From the NCBI RefSeq assembly GCF_030384885.1, contig NZ_CP128613.1: 64,000 nt of DNA. One strand, 5' to 3'. The notes beneath the pieces were generated by a model. That model ran no database searches and had not been told where the DNA came from. It was given only the letters and a program-made list of their open reading frames with translations. The position numbers and the translations under genes are program-made. Numbering within the stretch: the first letter of the stretch is position 1; each line of letters begins with the position of its first letter. This DNA comes from Escherichia coli (GTDB lineage: Bacteria; Pseudomonadota; Gammaproteobacteria; Enterobacterales; Enterobacteriaceae). Below, one piece after another: positions 9,871-21,133 of this stretch.

Positions 9871-10638
9871 TTGATACCCGTAGAGCGTCGCCAAATCATC
9901 CTTGAGATGGTAGCTGAAAAAGGCATTGTCAGTATTGCTGAACTAACGGACAGAATGAATGTGTCACATATGACCATTCGTCGGGATTTACAAAAACTGG
10001 AGCAGCAGGGAGCCGTTGTGCTGGTGTCCGGAGGCGTCCAGTCTCCGGGACGCGTGGCGCATGAACCTTCTCATCAGGTAAAAACTGCGCTGGCAATGAC
10101 GCAAAAAGCGGCTATTGGCAAGCTGGCGGCAAGTCTTGTTCAGCCGGGAAGTTGTATCTATCTGGATGCGGGAACGACCACGCTAGCGATAGCACAGCAT
10201 CTGATTCACATGGAGTCACTGACTGTGGTCACAAACGATTTCGTTATTGCGGACTACTTGCTCGACAACAGTAATTGCACAATTATTCACACTGGCGGTG
10301 CAGTATGTCGGGAAAACCGTTCCTGTGTCGGGGAAGCCGCTGCGACCATGCTGCGCAGCCTGATGATTGATCAGGCTTTTATTTCTGCATCGTCATGGAG
10401 TGTGCGGGGGATTTCTACGCCAGCGGAAGATAAAGTCACGGTGAAACGGGCGATTGCCAGTGCCAGCCGCCAGCGAGTTTTGGTCTGTGATGCGACGAAA
10501 TATGGTCAGGTGGCGACATGGCTGGCGTTACCATTAAGCGAGTTTGATCAGATTATTACAGACGACGGTTTGCCGGAGAGTGCCAGTCGCGCGCTGGCGA
10601 AGCAGGATCTCTCTTTGCTGGTAGCGAAAAATGAATAA
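9871..10638 (+). CDS. ygbI: DeoR-family transcriptional regulator, 255 aa from a TTG start
   Basis: DeoR HTH N-terminus; AAGGAAGGA RBS upstream of TTG at 9871; the longer track ORF starts at 9841. Confidence 0.75.
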   Translation: MIPVERRQIILEMVAEKGIVSIAELTDRMNVSHMTIRRDLQKLEQQGAVVLVSGGVQSPGRVAHEPSHQVKTALAMTQKAAIGKLAASLVQPGSCIYLDAGTTTLAIAQHLIHMESLTVVTNDFVIADYLLDNSNCTIIHTGGAVCRENRSCVGEAAATMLRSLMIDQAFISASSWSVRGISTPAEDKVTVKRAIASASRQRVLVCDATKYGQVATWLALPLSEFDQIITDDGLPESASRALAKQDLSLLVAKNE

Positions 10639-10688
10639 TGGCCTGCAATAACACCGGGTTACTCATGCTTCACAGAAGAAGCATGAGA

Positions 10689-11345
10689 CTACTTTATTTT
10701 ATAAAATGACAGGCGCCCACTTTCCGGCGAACCGGTATCAATATAAACCTGGTTGGCGAATGTCTGGATGTTATCAAACATCATATGTCCGAAGATAAAG
10801 CAGTCGGCGCCGTTTATTTCCTGTAACTCGCCTTTGAGCGATTTCAGTACGCGATCAACAGGCCAGAGCAATTCTCTCTCCGCTATTTCTTTGCCAAAGA
10901 GATATTCATTCCCCGGATAATCTGCATGCGCGATGACATATTTTATTATGTCGTTAGTGATTTAAACAATATGCGGAAGATTATGAAAACGTAGCAACAG
11001 GTCTATTGCTTCTTTTTGTTCCGTATCACTTAACTCAAAGAACCAGTCGCCACCACTGGCAAGCCACATATTGCCATCGCCGGTCGCGAACGCATCCAAT
11101 GCCATCGCTTCATGGTTGCCTTTGACCGATGTAAACCAGGGCTGGTTTAGCAGGCGCAGCACGTTAAGACTCTCCGGCCCACGATCAATATTATCGCCGA
11201 CAGAAATAAGTAAGTCGGTTTCAGGGCAAAAAGAGAGTTGATGTAAGCGGGATTGTAATAATTGATAGTCACCATGAATATCACCAACGGCCCATATATG
11301 GCGATAGTGATGGGCATTAATTTTTTGATAGCGTGTAGATGGCAT
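10689..11345 (-). pseudogene. pphB: Serine/threonine protein phosphatase 2 gene interrupted by an in-frame TAA (rc of 10962..10964) at codon 128 of 218
   Basis: Two track ORFs (127 aa and 60 aa) are in the same frame with 30 sense codons between them; GDxHG, GDxxDRG and GNHE motifs lie before the stop, the GH motif after. Confidence 0.7.
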
Positions 11346-11450
11346 GGTTTTACCCTGTAAAATAAGATTTCCTATTATACAGGGTATTTTTATTTGATTC
11401 GTCAGTTGTCGTTAATATTCCCGATAGCAAAAAACTATCGGGAATTGTTA

Positions 11451-14012
11451 TTACACCAGACTCTTCAAGCGATAAATCCATTCCAGCGCCTGACGCGGGG
11501 TAAGTGAATCCGGGTCAAGATTTTCCAGCGCTTCGACCGCTGGCGACGTTTCTTCTGGCACTGAAAGCAAAGACATTTGCGTACCATCCACTTGCGTAGC
11601 GGCGGCGTTCGGCGAAATGCTTTCCAGCTCACGCAGTTTTTGCCGTGCGCGCTTAATAACCTCTTTTGGTACGCCCGCCAGAGCTGCAACCGCCAGACCG
11701 TAGCTTTTGCTCGCCGCGCCATCCTGCACGCTGTGCATAAAGGCAATGGTGTCGCCGTGCTCCAGCGCATCAAGATGCACGTTGGCGACGCCTTCCATTT
11801 TCTCCGGCAGTTGAGTCAGTTCAAAGTAGTGGGTAGCAAACAACGTCAACGCTTTAATCTTATTCGCCAGATTTTCAGCGCACGCCCATGCCAGCGACAG
11901 ACCATCGTAAGTGGACGTTCCGCGCCCAATCTCATCCATCAACACCAGGCTGTACTCCGTGGCGTTATGCAGAATATTGGCGGTTTCGGTCATCTCCACC
12001 ATAAAGGTTGAACGCCCGGATGCCAGATCGTCAGCCGCGCCCACACGGGTAAAGATACGGTCAATCGGGCCAATCTCGACTTTTTGCGCCGGTACGTAGC
12101 TGCCGATATAGGCCATCAGCGCAATCAGTGCGGTCTGGCGCATATAGGTACTTTTACCGCCCATGTTCGGACCGGTGATGATCAACATGCGACGCTGCGG
12201 CGACAGGTTCAGCGGGTTAGCGATAAACGGCTCATTCAGTACCTGTTCAACCACCGGATGGCGACCTTCGGTAATGCGAATGCCCGGTTTATCAATGAAG
12301 GTCGGGCAGGTGTAGTTCAGGGTATAGGCCCGTTCCGCCAGGTTTACCAGTACGTCGAGTTCTGCCAGTGCGCTCGCGCTCTGTTGCAACGCTTCCAGAT
12401 GCGGCAACAGCAGGTCGAACAACTCTTCATAAAGCTGTTTTTCCAGTGCCAGCGCTTTACCTTTCGAGGTGAGTACTTTGTCTTCATACTCTTTTAGCTC
12501 TGGAATAATGTAGCGTTCGGCGTTTTTCAGCGTCTGGCGACGCATATAGTTGATGGGTGCGAGATGGCTTTGTCCACGGCTAATCTGAATGTAATAACCA
12601 TGCACCGCGTTAAAGCCAACTTTCAGCGTGTCCAGGCCGGTACGTTCACGCTCGCGAACTTCCAGACGCTCCAGATAATCTGTCGCGCCGTCAGCCAGCG
12701 CTCGCCACTCATCCAGCTCTTCGTTATAGCCTGATGCGATAACACCACCGTCGCGTACCAGCACCGGCGGTGTGTCGATGATTGCTCGCTCCAGCAGATC
12801 GCGCAGCTCTGCAAACTCGCCCATTTTCTCACGCAGCGCCTGTACCGGTGCACTAGCGACATTTTCTAACTGCGCACGCAGCTCCGGCAGTTGCTGGAAA
12901 GCGTGACGCATACGGGCCAGATCGCGTGGGCGGGCAGTCCGTAAAGCCAGACGTGCCAGAATACGTTCCAGGTCGCCGACCTGACGCAGTACCGGCTGCA
13001 GCTCAGCGGTGAAATCCTGCAATGCGCCAATAGTTTGCTGGCGCTCAAGCAACACGCGGGTATCGCGCACTGGCATATGCAGCCAGCGTTTCAGCATTCG
13101 ACTCCCCATCGGCGTTACAGTGCAATCGAGCACGGAAGCCAGCGTGTTTTCCGCACCGCCCGCCAGGTTCTGGGTAATTTCCAGGTTACGACGCGTCGCG
13201 GCATCCATAATGATGCTGTCCTGCTCACGTTCCATAGTGATAGAACGAATATGCGGCAGAGTCGTACGTTGAGTATCTTTCGCATACTGCAACAGACAAC
13301 CGGCGGCACAAAGTCCGCGCGGCGCGTTCTCGACGCCAAAACCGACCAGATCGCGAGTGCCAAATTGTAGATTCAACTGCTGGCGCGCGGTGTCGATTTC
13401 AAACTCCCACAGCGGGCGACGGCGCAAGCCGCGACGACCTTCAATCAGCGACATTTCAGCAAAATCTTCTGCATACAGCAGTTCCGCCGGATTAGTGCGT
13501 TGCAGTTCTGCCGCCATCGTTTCGCGGTCAGCCGGTTCACTCAGGCGAAAACGACCGGAACTGATATCCAGCGTCGCGTAGCCGAAACCTTTACTGTCCT
13601 GCCAGATAGCCGCCAGCAGGTTGTCCTGACGCTCCTGCAACAGCGCTTCATCGCTGATGGTGCCCGGCGTAACGATACGCACAACTTTGCGCTCAACCGG
13701 ACCTTTGCTGGTCGCCGGATCGCCAATTTGTTCGCAGATGGCAACGGACTCGCCCTGATTCACCAGTTTGGCGAGGTAGTTTTCCACCGCATGGTATGGA
13801 ATCCCCGCCATCGGGATCGGCTCTCCCGCTGAAGCGCCGCGTTTGGTCAGTGAAATATCCAGCAGTTGTGACGCACGTTTTGCGTCGTCATAAAACAGTT
13901 CGTAAAAGTCACCCATCCGGTAGAACAGCAGGATCTCGGGATGCTGGGCTTTCAGCTTGAGATACTGCTGCATCATTGGCGTGTGGGCGTCGAAATTTTC
14001 TATTGCACTCAT
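11451..14012 (-). CDS. mutS: DNA mismatch repair protein MutS, 853 aa
   Basis: Length and Walker A region (GPNMGGKST) typical of MutS. Confidence 0.95.
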   Translation of the reverse strand: MSAIENFDAHTPMMQQYLKLKAQHPEILLFYRMGDFYELFYDDAKRASQLLDISLTKRGASAGEPIPMAGIPYHAVENYLAKLVNQGESVAICEQIGDPATSKGPVERKVVRIVTPGTISDEALLQERQDNLLAAIWQDSKGFGYATLDISSGRFRLSEPADRETMAAELQRTNPAELLYAEDFAEMSLIEGRRGLRRRPLWEFEIDTARQQLNLQFGTRDLVGFGVENAPRGLCAAGCLLQYAKDTQRTTLPHIRSITMEREQDSIIMDAATRRNLEITQNLAGGAENTLASVLDCTVTPMGSRMLKRWLHMPVRDTRVLLERQQTIGALQDFTAELQPVLRQVGDLERILARLALRTARPRDLARMRHAFQQLPELRAQLENVASAPVQALREKMGEFAELRDLLERAIIDTPPVLVRDGGVIASGYNEELDEWRALADGATDYLERLEVRERERTGLDTLKVGFNAVHGYYIQISRGQSHLAPINYMRRQTLKNAERYIIPELKEYEDKVLTSKGKALALEKQLYEELFDLLLPHLEALQQSASALAELDVLVNLAERAYTLNYTCPTFIDKPGIRITEGRHPVVEQVLNEPFIANPLNLSPQRRMLIITGPNMGGKSTYMRQTALIALMAYIGSYVPAQKVEIGPIDRIFTRVGAADDLASGRSTFMVEMTETANILHNATEYSLVLMDEIGRGTSTYDGLSLAWACAENLANKIKALTLFATHYFELTQLPEKMEGVANVHLDALEHGDTIAFMHSVQDGAASKSYGLAVAALAGVPKEVIKRARQKLRELESISPNAAATQVDGTQMSLLSVPEETSPAVEALENLDPDSLTPRQALEWIYRLKSLV

Positions 14013-14298
14013 GGAGTTATGTCCGGTTCCCTGATTTTAAATGGGGTGTGATGATTTTTATTTTCGTTGTAATCACATAAGGCGCACATGATACCGGAGT
14101 TAATCATTTCAGGGGAAGAAGCGAACGGCGAGTTCTTGATGTCGGTTCCGCGAAAAATGCTGCTTTGCAGCTTTTGCGTGATGCTTATGAAGCAAGTACG
14201 CAAAATTGTATCAGTTGGCGAACCCTTCTTCTTCAGAGACATAGTCCCCTTTAAAATTAAGTTGTAATATAAATGCACCTTAAGAGTATGGAGGCAGC

Positions 14299-14652
14299 AT
14301 GTCCGGCAAGCGTACCTCTCGTGAAAAACTGACGATTAAAAAAATGATCGATCTTTATCAAGCGAAATGCCCGCAGGCGTCAGCAGAGCCGGAGCATTAC
14401 GAAGCGCTGTTTGCCTACGCGCAAAAACGGCTGGATAAATGTGTGTTCGGCGAAGACAAACCCGCCTGTAAGCAGTGCCCGGTGCACTGTTACCAGTCTG
14501 CAAAGCGTGAAGAGATGAAACAGATTATGCGTTGGGCCGGGCCGCGCATGCTGTGGCGTCATCCGATCCTAACCGTACGCCATCTCATTGATGACAAGCG
14601 TCCGGTGCCGGAGTTGCCAGAAAAATATCGCCCGAAAAAACCTCGTGAATAG
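14299..14652 (+). CDS. ygbA: Small Cys-rich protein YgbA (nitrosative-stress regulon member), 117 aa
   Basis: Position between mutS and fhlA; recalled as ygbA. Confidence 0.75.
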   Translation: MSGKRTSREKLTIKKMIDLYQAKCPQASAEPEHYEALFAYAQKRLDKCVFGEDKPACKQCPVHCYQSAKREEMKQIMRWAGPRMLWRHPILTVRHLIDDKRPVPELPEKYRPKKPRE

Positions 14653-14690
14653 TATACCGGACAGGCAGATCTGTCCGGCACCTCATGCAG

Positions 14691-16769
14691 TTAAACCAAT
14701 GCCGATTTATCAATCCCCAGTCGTTTCATCCGTGATAGCAGTGTGGTGCGTTTTAGTCCCAGACGTTGCGCCGCGCCTTTCGGCCCGGCAACCACGCCGT
14801 TAGTCTCTTTTAATACACGCACAATTAGCTGATATTCATCTTCGCCCTCCTGAGCGACGACCGTTGCAGTCGGCGGCGTTTTAGGTTCCGGTAAAGCAAT
14901 ATCAGGCAATGACAGCTGCAGCACGTTGCCACGTGTCAGCAATACCGCGCGCTCAATGACGTTTTCCAGCTCGCGTACGTTACCTGGCCACTCCATATTG
15001 CTCAACGCGCGCAACGTTTCGGCAGGAATGCTGTCGATATTACGCCCCAGACGGCGGGCAATTTTAAAAGTAAAGGCTTTCGCCAGCAGCGGAATATCTT
15101 CCGGACGCTCGCGTAGTGGCGGCAGGTGGATCGGGAATACGTTCAGACGGTAATAGAGATCGCTACGGAACTCGCGGTCGGCAACCATTTTTTTCAGATC
15201 GCGGTTAGTCGCGGCAATTAAACGCACGTCCGTCTGTATAATTTTATTACTGCCGAGACGTTCAAACTCCTGTTCCTGTAATACACGCAGCAACTTCGGT
15301 TGTAACTCCAGCGGCATATCACCCACTTCATCGAGGAACAGGGAGCTTTTATCCGCCAGTTCAAAACGACCGATACGCTGGGCGCTGGCTCCGGTAAACG
15401 CACCACGCTCATGACCAAACAGATCGCTTTCTAACAATCCGGCAGGCATCGCCGCGCAGTTCATTTTTACCATGCGGCGATTATTACGCCCACTGAGATT
15501 ATGGATCGCGCGGGCAATCAGCTCTTTACCGGTGCCAGTTTCACCGAGGATCAGAACTGTACTGTCACTTTGTGCCACCATTTCAACTTGTTTAAGCACG
15601 CTGTACATGGCTTCACTGCGACCAATAATCTCTCCAAATTCACTATCAACATTGTTGAGCTGCTCGGTCAGGGCGAGATTTTCATCAACCAGTCGTTCTT
15701 TCAGACGATGAATTTCCTGATAGGCAAGGGCGTTATCGACAGCGATTGCCACACGTTCGGCAATCTGGCGCAGTAAATTCAGATTGGTCGTGGTAAACAC
15801 TTTCTCTTCGCATTGCGCCAGTTTCAGCACGCCCAGCATGGTGTCGCCAGACATCAGCGGTAACAGGCACAAGGTTTGAATCTGGTTGCCCCAGGTGTCG
15901 AACAACATGCGTTCGTAGGGGGCTAAATTATCTCGCTCGTGGAGATTAATCAGCAGCATCTCTTTGCTTTTAAACACGCGTTCGGTGAGGGTTCCAGCTT
16001 CATCGACTTCGCTCTGTTCGTGAGCGGGATGCTGTTTATCAAGATAGTGAGTGGAGTAGATGTTGAGTTTGTTTTTACGGTGGCTGCGTAAGACGATGCT
16101 TATATCGTCAATGTCGAAATAGTAATGGATTTCTTTGGCGACTTCGCTGACCAGTTCGTCCATATCCAGGCGAGAAAGCACCGCGTTGGTGATGGCAACC
16201 AGGATGCGGAAGTTATCGCGTTCCCGGCATAACAACTCATAGTCGACATTATTGACGACGCGGCTCTGGATTTGTTCGGTGACGACAGAAATGATCTGCG
16301 TAAAAGTTTGCAGGCGATTGAACTCTTTTTCACTCCACGGGCGATCGTCATAACGAATAAATTCACAGCCACCAAAAATATGCCCTTCCGCCGCCAGTGG
16401 CATCAGGCAATAGTGACCAAATTTGGGGTATAGCCCACCAGCGGCCAGCTGCGGCCAGGTTTCACAAAATTCTTCGTAACTGCAATGCAGTGTATCAGGG
16501 CGCGACAAAATGCTGCGCACCGGACCGTGTGCCAGAACAGTTTCGTCTTCATAATTTATGGGGGTGTCTTTTTCACGCGACGCGTAATAAGACGCACGTT
16601 GAGTCTGCGCTTGCCACAACACAATAGCTGCATTGTCGGCGAGCGCAGAACGCTTTACCAATTGCGAAAGAGCCTCACACAGCGAGGCCAGATCGGGCTG
16701 CTGCAATAGTGTCCGAGTGATGTCGAACAACCCTTGTTGTCCGAGATCACTCATCGGTGTATATGACAT
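14691..16769 (-). CDS. fhlA: Formate hydrogenlyase transcriptional activator FhlA (sigma54-dependent), 692 aa
   Basis: GAF domains plus sigma54-interaction AAA+ domain ([14 protein letters not shown]); start at internal ATG (MSYTPMSDLGQ). Confidence 0.9.
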   Translation of the reverse strand: MSYTPMSDLGQQGLFDITRTLLQQPDLASLCEALSQLVKRSALADNAAIVLWQAQTQRASYYASREKDTPINYEDETVLAHGPVRSILSRPDTLHCSYEEFCETWPQLAAGGLYPKFGHYCLMPLAAEGHIFGGCEFIRYDDRPWSEKEFNRLQTFTQIISVVTEQIQSRVVNNVDYELLCRERDNFRILVAITNAVLSRLDMDELVSEVAKEIHYYFDIDDISIVLRSHRKNKLNIYSTHYLDKQHPAHEQSEVDEAGTLTERVFKSKEMLLINLHERDNLAPYERMLFDTWGNQIQTLCLLPLMSGDTMLGVLKLAQCEEKVFTTTNLNLLRQIAERVAIAVDNALAYQEIHRLKERLVDENLALTEQLNNVDSEFGEIIGRSEAMYSVLKQVEMVAQSDSTVLILGETGTGKELIARAIHNLSGRNNRRMVKMNCAAMPAGLLESDLFGHERGAFTGASAQRIGRFELADKSSLFLDEVGDMPLELQPKLLRVLQEQEFERLGSNKIIQTDVRLIAATNRDLKKMVADREFRSDLYYRLNVFPIHLPPLRERPEDIPLLAKAFTFKIARRLGRNIDSIPAETLRALSNMEWPGNVRELENVIERAVLLTRGNVLQLSLPDIALPEPKTPPTATVVAQEGEDEYQLIVRVLKETNGVVAGPKGAAQRLGLKRTTLLSRMKRLGIDKSALV

Positions 16770-16842
16770 TTTGTTCTTCCAGGAAAGCACCGCAAAGCGG
16801 TGCAAAAGGTCATTGACTAACTATAGGAGATTTAGAATTTTA

Positions 16843-17853
16843 TTAGCATATACGCGGAAGCGGTTCGGCGTGTGGTAAATCGAGGGTTCGTTTCACGCCA
16901 TACAGACCGGCAAGACGAACACCTTTACGTTCCACCACTTCACCAATCAGCGCCGCGTCTTTCCCCAGTGGATGGGAATGTAACGCCGCCAGCACTTGCT
17001 CTGCTGCGTTGCGTTCAACGGCGATCACCAGTTTGCCTTCGTTGGCAAAGTTAAGGGCGTCCAGCCCCAGCAGTTCGCAAACGCCGCGCACGGCAGGTTT
17101 AACCGGCAGTGCCGCTTCTGAAATTTCAATACCACAACCGCAGGCTGCCGCGAACTCATGAACTACCGCGTTCACTCCACCACGGGTGGCGTCACGCAGT
17201 GCCTTCACACCGGGAATATCACGCAGCGTCTGGATGAGCGGCGTCAGCACTGCGCAGTCGCTGACCAGTTCGCCATCCAGCCCCAGTTGCTCGCGCAGAT
17301 TAAGAATAGTTGCTCCGTGGTCGCCGAGAGTTCCACTCACCAGCAGAACATCGCCTGCGGTTAGCGTCTGTGCGCCCCAGTGAATATTCGCCGGGATCGC
17401 GCCCATGCCAGCGGTGTTGATAAACAGTTTATCTGCCGCGCCGCGTTGCACCACTTTAGTGTCGCCAGTAACGATGGCAATGCCTGCCGCGCGGGCGGTT
17501 TCTGCCATGCTGGTCACCACGGCTTTTAGCGTCTCCATCGGCAATCCCTCTTCGAGGATAAAGCCACAAGAGAGATAGCGCGGAATAGCGCCACTGACCG
17601 CAACGTCATTCGCGGTGCCACAAATCGCCAGCTTGCCAATATTGCCACCAGGAAAGAACAGCGGGTCGATGACGTAGCTGTCGGTGGAGAACGCCAGCCG
17701 GTCGCCTTCTGCCACCAGCTGCGCCAGCTCAAGGCGCGCCTGGTCTTCCTGTTCTGCCAGCCACGGATTGGCAAAGGCTTCCATAAACAGGCTGTTGATT
17801 AATTGCTGCATCGCCTGGCCGCCGCTACCGTGGGCGAGTTGGATATTATTCAC
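16843..17853 (-). CDS. hypE: Hydrogenase maturation protein HypE, 336 aa
   Basis: Recognisable HypE sequence and hyp operon position. Confidence 0.9.
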   Translation of the reverse strand: MNNIQLAHGSGGQAMQQLINSLFMEAFANPWLAEQEDQARLELAQLVAEGDRLAFSTDSYVIDPLFFPGGNIGKLAICGTANDVAVSGAIPRYLSCGFILEEGLPMETLKAVVTSMAETARAAGIAIVTGDTKVVQRGAADKLFINTAGMGAIPANIHWGAQTLTAGDVLLVSGTLGDHGATILNLREQLGLDGELVSDCAVLTPLIQTLRDIPGVKALRDATRGGVNAVVHEFAAACGCGIEISEAALPVKPAVRGVCELLGLDALNFANEGKLVIAVERNAAEQVLAALHSHPLGKDAALIGEVVERKGVRLAGLYGVKRTLDLPHAEPLPRIC

Positions 17854-18971
17854 GCTTCACTCTCCTGCTGACGATACTGATACCACGCGGCGCACGCTCC
17901 TTCGGAGGAAACCATCAGCGCACCAAACGCGGTTTGAGGATTACAGGTGTTACCAAACAGCGGGCATTGATGCGGCTTACATTTGCCCGTCAAGACTTCG
18001 CCACAACGCGCGCGCGGGTCATCGCAGACCTGCTGCGGTGCCGGGCGGAAATGCGCTTCGGCGTCAAATCGTTGATAATCCGGCGTCAGGTGTACACCAG
18101 AAGATTCAATCACGCCTAAGCCGCGCCATTCGCTGTCGCCGTTGACGCAGAAGACATCCGCAATCGCCTGTTGCGCCAGCAGGTTACCGGCATCCGGCAC
18201 CACCCGACGATACTGATTCTCCACCTTGCTGTGGGCCGCTATTTTCTGCTCCACCAGCATGACCACGCCTTGTAGTAGATCAAGCGGTTCGAATCCAGCA
18301 ACCACCAGAGGACGATGAAAATCACTGGCGATAAAATTATAGGCGTCGGTGCCGATAACCATACTGACGTGGCCCGGCGCGAGGAACGCATCGATACCGT
18401 TATCCGGCTGTTCCAGCAAACTGCGTAGCGTTGGGATCAGCGTAATATGCTGGCAGAAAAAGTAAAAATTTTGCACATCGCGGGCTTTCGCCTGTTGCAG
18501 AGTGATGGCCGTCGTCGGCATGGTGGTTTCAAACCCTAAGCCGAAGAACACCACTTTACGAGTTGGATTCTCCTGCGCCAGTTTTAACGCATCCATTGGC
18601 GAGTAAACGATGCGAACATCGGCACCGCGCGCTTTTGCCTGTAACAGCGACCCCTGTTTCCCCGGCACGCGCATGGCGTCGCCAAAGGTACAGAAGATGA
18701 CTTCCGGATGGCTGGCAATCTCCACGCAGGTGTCGATTCTTCCCATCGGCAGTACACATACCGGGCAACCCGGACCGTGGATAAACTCAACGTTTTCCGG
18801 CAGTAACTGGTCGAGGCCGAATTTAAAAATGGCGTGGGTATGACCGCCGCACACTTCCATAATCCGCAGAGGGCGTTCAGCGGTGTAAGAGAGATGTGAA
18901 GCACGTTCGCGTAGATGCTCAATTAACTGCATCACCTGTTCCGGCGCGCGATATTCATCAACAAAACGCAT
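17850..18971 (-). CDS. hypD: Hydrogenase maturation protein HypD, 373 aa
   Basis: Cys-rich HypD; operon position. Confidence 0.9.
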   Translation of the reverse strand: MRFVDEYRAPEQVMQLIEHLRERASHLSYTAERPLRIMEVCGGHTHAIFKFGLDQLLPENVEFIHGPGCPVCVLPMGRIDTCVEIASHPEVIFCTFGDAMRVPGKQGSLLQAKARGADVRIVYSPMDALKLAQENPTRKVVFFGLGFETTMPTTAITLQQAKARDVQNFYFFCQHITLIPTLRSLLEQPDNGIDAFLAPGHVSMVIGTDAYNFIASDFHRPLVVAGFEPLDLLQGVVMLVEQKIAAHSKVENQYRRVVPDAGNLLAQQAIADVFCVNGDSEWRGLGVIESSGVHLTPDYQRFDAEAHFRPAPQQVCDDPRARCGEVLTGKCKPHQCPLFGNTCNPQTAFGALMVSSEGACAAWYQYRQQESEA

Positions 18972-19243
18972 TATTTTTCCTCGCCATACAACAGCGCGCC
19001 GACATCCGGCTCAACGTCAAACATGTTTTGTAAGGCGTCGAGGGTGTCGCGCGCTTCGGCTTCATTAATTACGCTCATGGCAAAGCCAACGTGAACCAGT
19101 ACCCACTGGCCCACGCGTGGCTGACCGTTTTCATCGCAGCTGCCGACTAACGTTAGATCGACGTCGCGCTGAATACCGCAGACGTCGACTTTCGCCTGGT
19201 TGCCGTCAATGGTGCGGATCTGGCCGGGAACGCCTATACACAT
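18971..19243 (-). CDS. hypC: Hydrogenase maturation chaperone HypC, 90 aa
   Basis: Begins MCIGVPG; overlaps the hypB stop. Confidence 0.9.
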   Translation of the reverse strand: MCIGVPGQIRTIDGNQAKVDVCGIQRDVDLTLVGSCDENGQPRVGQWVLVHVGFAMSVINEAEARDTLDALQNMFDVEPDVGALLYGEEK

Positions 19244-20106
19244 CGCTGTGTCTCCAGCCAGTTCAGCCACTGGTCCATCCCTTCGCCGCTGGTGGCGGAA
19301 ATAAGGATGATTTCAATTTCTGGATTGACTTCGCGGGCGCAGGCGATGCACTTCTCAACGTCGAAATTGAGATACGGTAGCAGGTCAACTTTGTTGAGCA
19401 GCATCAGTGAGGCGGCGGCAAACATATGTGGATATTTCAGCGGTTTGTCTTCACCTTCGGTAACGGAAAGCACCGCCACTTTGTGTTTTTCACCAAGATC
19501 GAAGCTCGCCGGACATACGAGGTTGCCAACGTTTTCGATAAACAGAATACCGTTATCGTCCAGTGGCAGGCGCGGCGCGGCGTCGGCAATCATCTGTGCG
19601 TCAAGATGGCAACCTTTACCGGTATTCACCTGAATCGCTGGCGTGCCGGTAGCGCGAATGCGCGCGGCATCGTTCACGGTTTGCTGGTCACCTTCAATAA
19701 CTGCGCACGGAACGCTGTCTTTCAGGCGCATCAAGGTTTCCGTCAGCAGGGTGGTTTTACCGGAACCAGGGCTGGAAACCAGGTTGAGTACCAACTGATT
19801 GCGGGCAGCAAAGCGCGCTCGGTTGCGTTCAGCCAGACGGTTGTTTTTGTCTAGCACGTCAATTTCGACTTCCAGCATCCGACGCTGGCTCATGCCCGGC
19901 GCGTGAGTGCCCGCTTCGCCATGACCGTAATGCAGGTCGCCTTCTTCAGTCTGGCTGGGGGTAAATTCAGGCGCTTTAATGCCGGTGATTTTCATCTTCG
20001 GGCGTGCCGCCGGGGCAAATGGCGCGCTACGAAACGCGGAATGAGGGTTATGTTCATCACCCTCGATATACAGGTTGCCTTCACCGCAACCGCATGTTGT
20101 ACACAT
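19234..20106 (-). CDS. hypB: Hydrogenase nickel-incorporation GTPase HypB, 290 aa
   Basis: His-rich N-terminus and GSGKTT P-loop. Confidence 0.9.
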   Translation of the reverse strand: MCTTCGCGEGNLYIEGDEHNPHSAFRSAPFAPAARPKMKITGIKAPEFTPSQTEEGDLHYGHGEAGTHAPGMSQRRMLEVEIDVLDKNNRLAERNRARFAARNQLVLNLVSSPGSGKTTLLTETLMRLKDSVPCAVIEGDQQTVNDAARIRATGTPAIQVNTGKGCHLDAQMIADAAPRLPLDDNGILFIENVGNLVCPASFDLGEKHKVAVLSVTEGEDKPLKYPHMFAAASLMLLNKVDLLPYLNFDVEKCIACAREVNPEIEIILISATSGEGMDQWLNWLETQRCV

Positions 20107-20109
20107 CGC

Positions 20110-20460
20110 TCACTCCTGGTCTATTTCTATCCGCCGAATCTGTAAACCGTCGTCTGCCACAATTTGTAGCATGTCGCCATGACACTGTGGACAGCGCCGG
20201 ACGCGCTGGGTTAATAGCGTCACATATTGTTGGCATGTTTCGCACCAGCATTCGGCCTCTTGTTCTTCGAGGTGCAGTTTACAACCTTCCGCTACGCTGC
20301 CGCGGCAAACCAGATCAAAACAAAAGGCAAGAGAGCTGGTTTCGACACAAGAAAATGCGCCAATTTTGAGCCAGACCCCAGTTACGCGTTTTGCACCGTG
20401 TTTTGCGGCCTGCTGTTCGATCAATTCCAGTGCCCGTTGGCAGAGGGTTATTTCGTGCAT
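20110..20460 (-). CDS. hypA: Hydrogenase nickel-insertion protein HypA, 116 aa
   Basis: Begins MHEITLCQ; CxxC ... CxxC zinc motifs. Confidence 0.9.
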   Translation of the reverse strand: MHEITLCQRALELIEQQAAKHGAKRVTGVWLKIGAFSCVETSSLAFCFDLVCRGSVAEGCKLHLEEQEAECWCETCQQYVTLLTQRVRRCPQCHGDMLQIVADDGLQIRRIEIDQE

Positions 20461-20489
20461 ATCGCCTCCCATTAACTATTGCCAGCTAT

Positions 20490-20507
20490 AAGCAATAATT
20501 GTGCCAG
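20490..20507 (-). promoter_or_regulatory. Sigma54 (-24/-12) promoter of the hyp operon
   Basis: Minus-strand CTGGCACAATTATTGC, GG-N10-GC spacing. Confidence 0.65.
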
Positions 20508-20532
20508 TGTTGATTATCCCTAAAGTGAATAA

Positions 20533-20562
20533 TGTCGATGATGTCGAAATGACACGTCGACA
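20533..20562. promoter_or_regulatory. Candidate FhlA upstream activating sequence between hyp and hyc
   Basis: TGTCGATGATGTCGAAATGACACGTCGACA, repeated TGTCG/CGACA half sites; FhlA binding inferred. Confidence 0.45.
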
Positions 20563-20618
20563 CGGCGACGAAATTCACCAGAATCATAAAAATCTCTTTT
20601 ATAACAATAAATTAAAAG

Positions 20619-20636
20619 TTGGCACAAAAAATGCTT
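20619..20636 (+). promoter_or_regulatory. Sigma54 (-24/-12) promoter of the hyc operon
   Basis: TTGGCACAAAAAATGCTT, GG-N10-GC spacing. Confidence 0.65.
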
Positions 20637-20671
20637 AAAGCTGGCATCTCTGTTAAACGGGTAACCTGACA

Positions 20672-21133
20672 ATGACTATTTGGGAAATAAGCGAGAAAGC
20701 CGATTACATCGCACAGCGGCATCGTCGCCTACAGGACCAGTGGCATCTCTACTGCAATTCGCTGGTTCAGGGGATCACGTTATCGAAAGCGCGCCTGCAT
20801 CACGCCATGAGCTGTGCGCCAGACAAAGAACTCTGTTTCGTCCTTTTTGAACATTTTCGCATTTACGTCACCCTGGCGGATGGCTTTAACAGCCACACCA
20901 TCGAGTATTACGTCGAAACGAAAGAGGGTGAAGAAAAACAGCGGATTGCGCAGGCACAATTGAGCATTGACGGAATGATAGATGGCAAGGTCAACATCCG
21001 CGATCGCGAACAGGTACTGGAACACTATCTCGAAAAAATCGCTGGCGTTTACGACAGCTTATACACCGCCATTGAAAACAATGTACCGGTGAATTTAAGC
21101 CAACTGGTAAAGGGACAAAGCCCGGCGGCATGA
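20672..21133 (+). CDS. hycA: Formate hydrogenlyase regulatory protein HycA, 153 aa
   Basis: First gene of hyc operon; length match. Confidence 0.9.
   Translation: MTIWEISEKADYIAQRHRRLQDQWHLYCNSLVQGITLSKARLHHAMSCAPDKELCFVLFEHFRIYVTLADGFNSHTIEYYVETKEGEEKQRIAQAQLSIDGMIDGKVNIRDREQVLEHYLEKIAGVYDSLYTAIENNVPVNLSQLVKGQSPAA

Noticed and set aside
10689-10871. 60-aa ORF as an independent small gene
   Set aside because: It is in frame with, and continues, the pphB reading frame after a single nonsense codon; treated as part of a pphB pseudogene.
14009-14278. 89-aa minus-strand ORF in the mutS-ygbA intergenic region
   Set aside because: Overlaps the mutS start and promoter region; no coding features; likely spurious.
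14013-14298. Possible NsrR operator upstream of ygbA
   Set aside because: I could not identify a convincing match to the NsrR dyad by eye (only an AT-rich partial repeat near ttgtaatataaatgcacc); a PWM scan would be needed.
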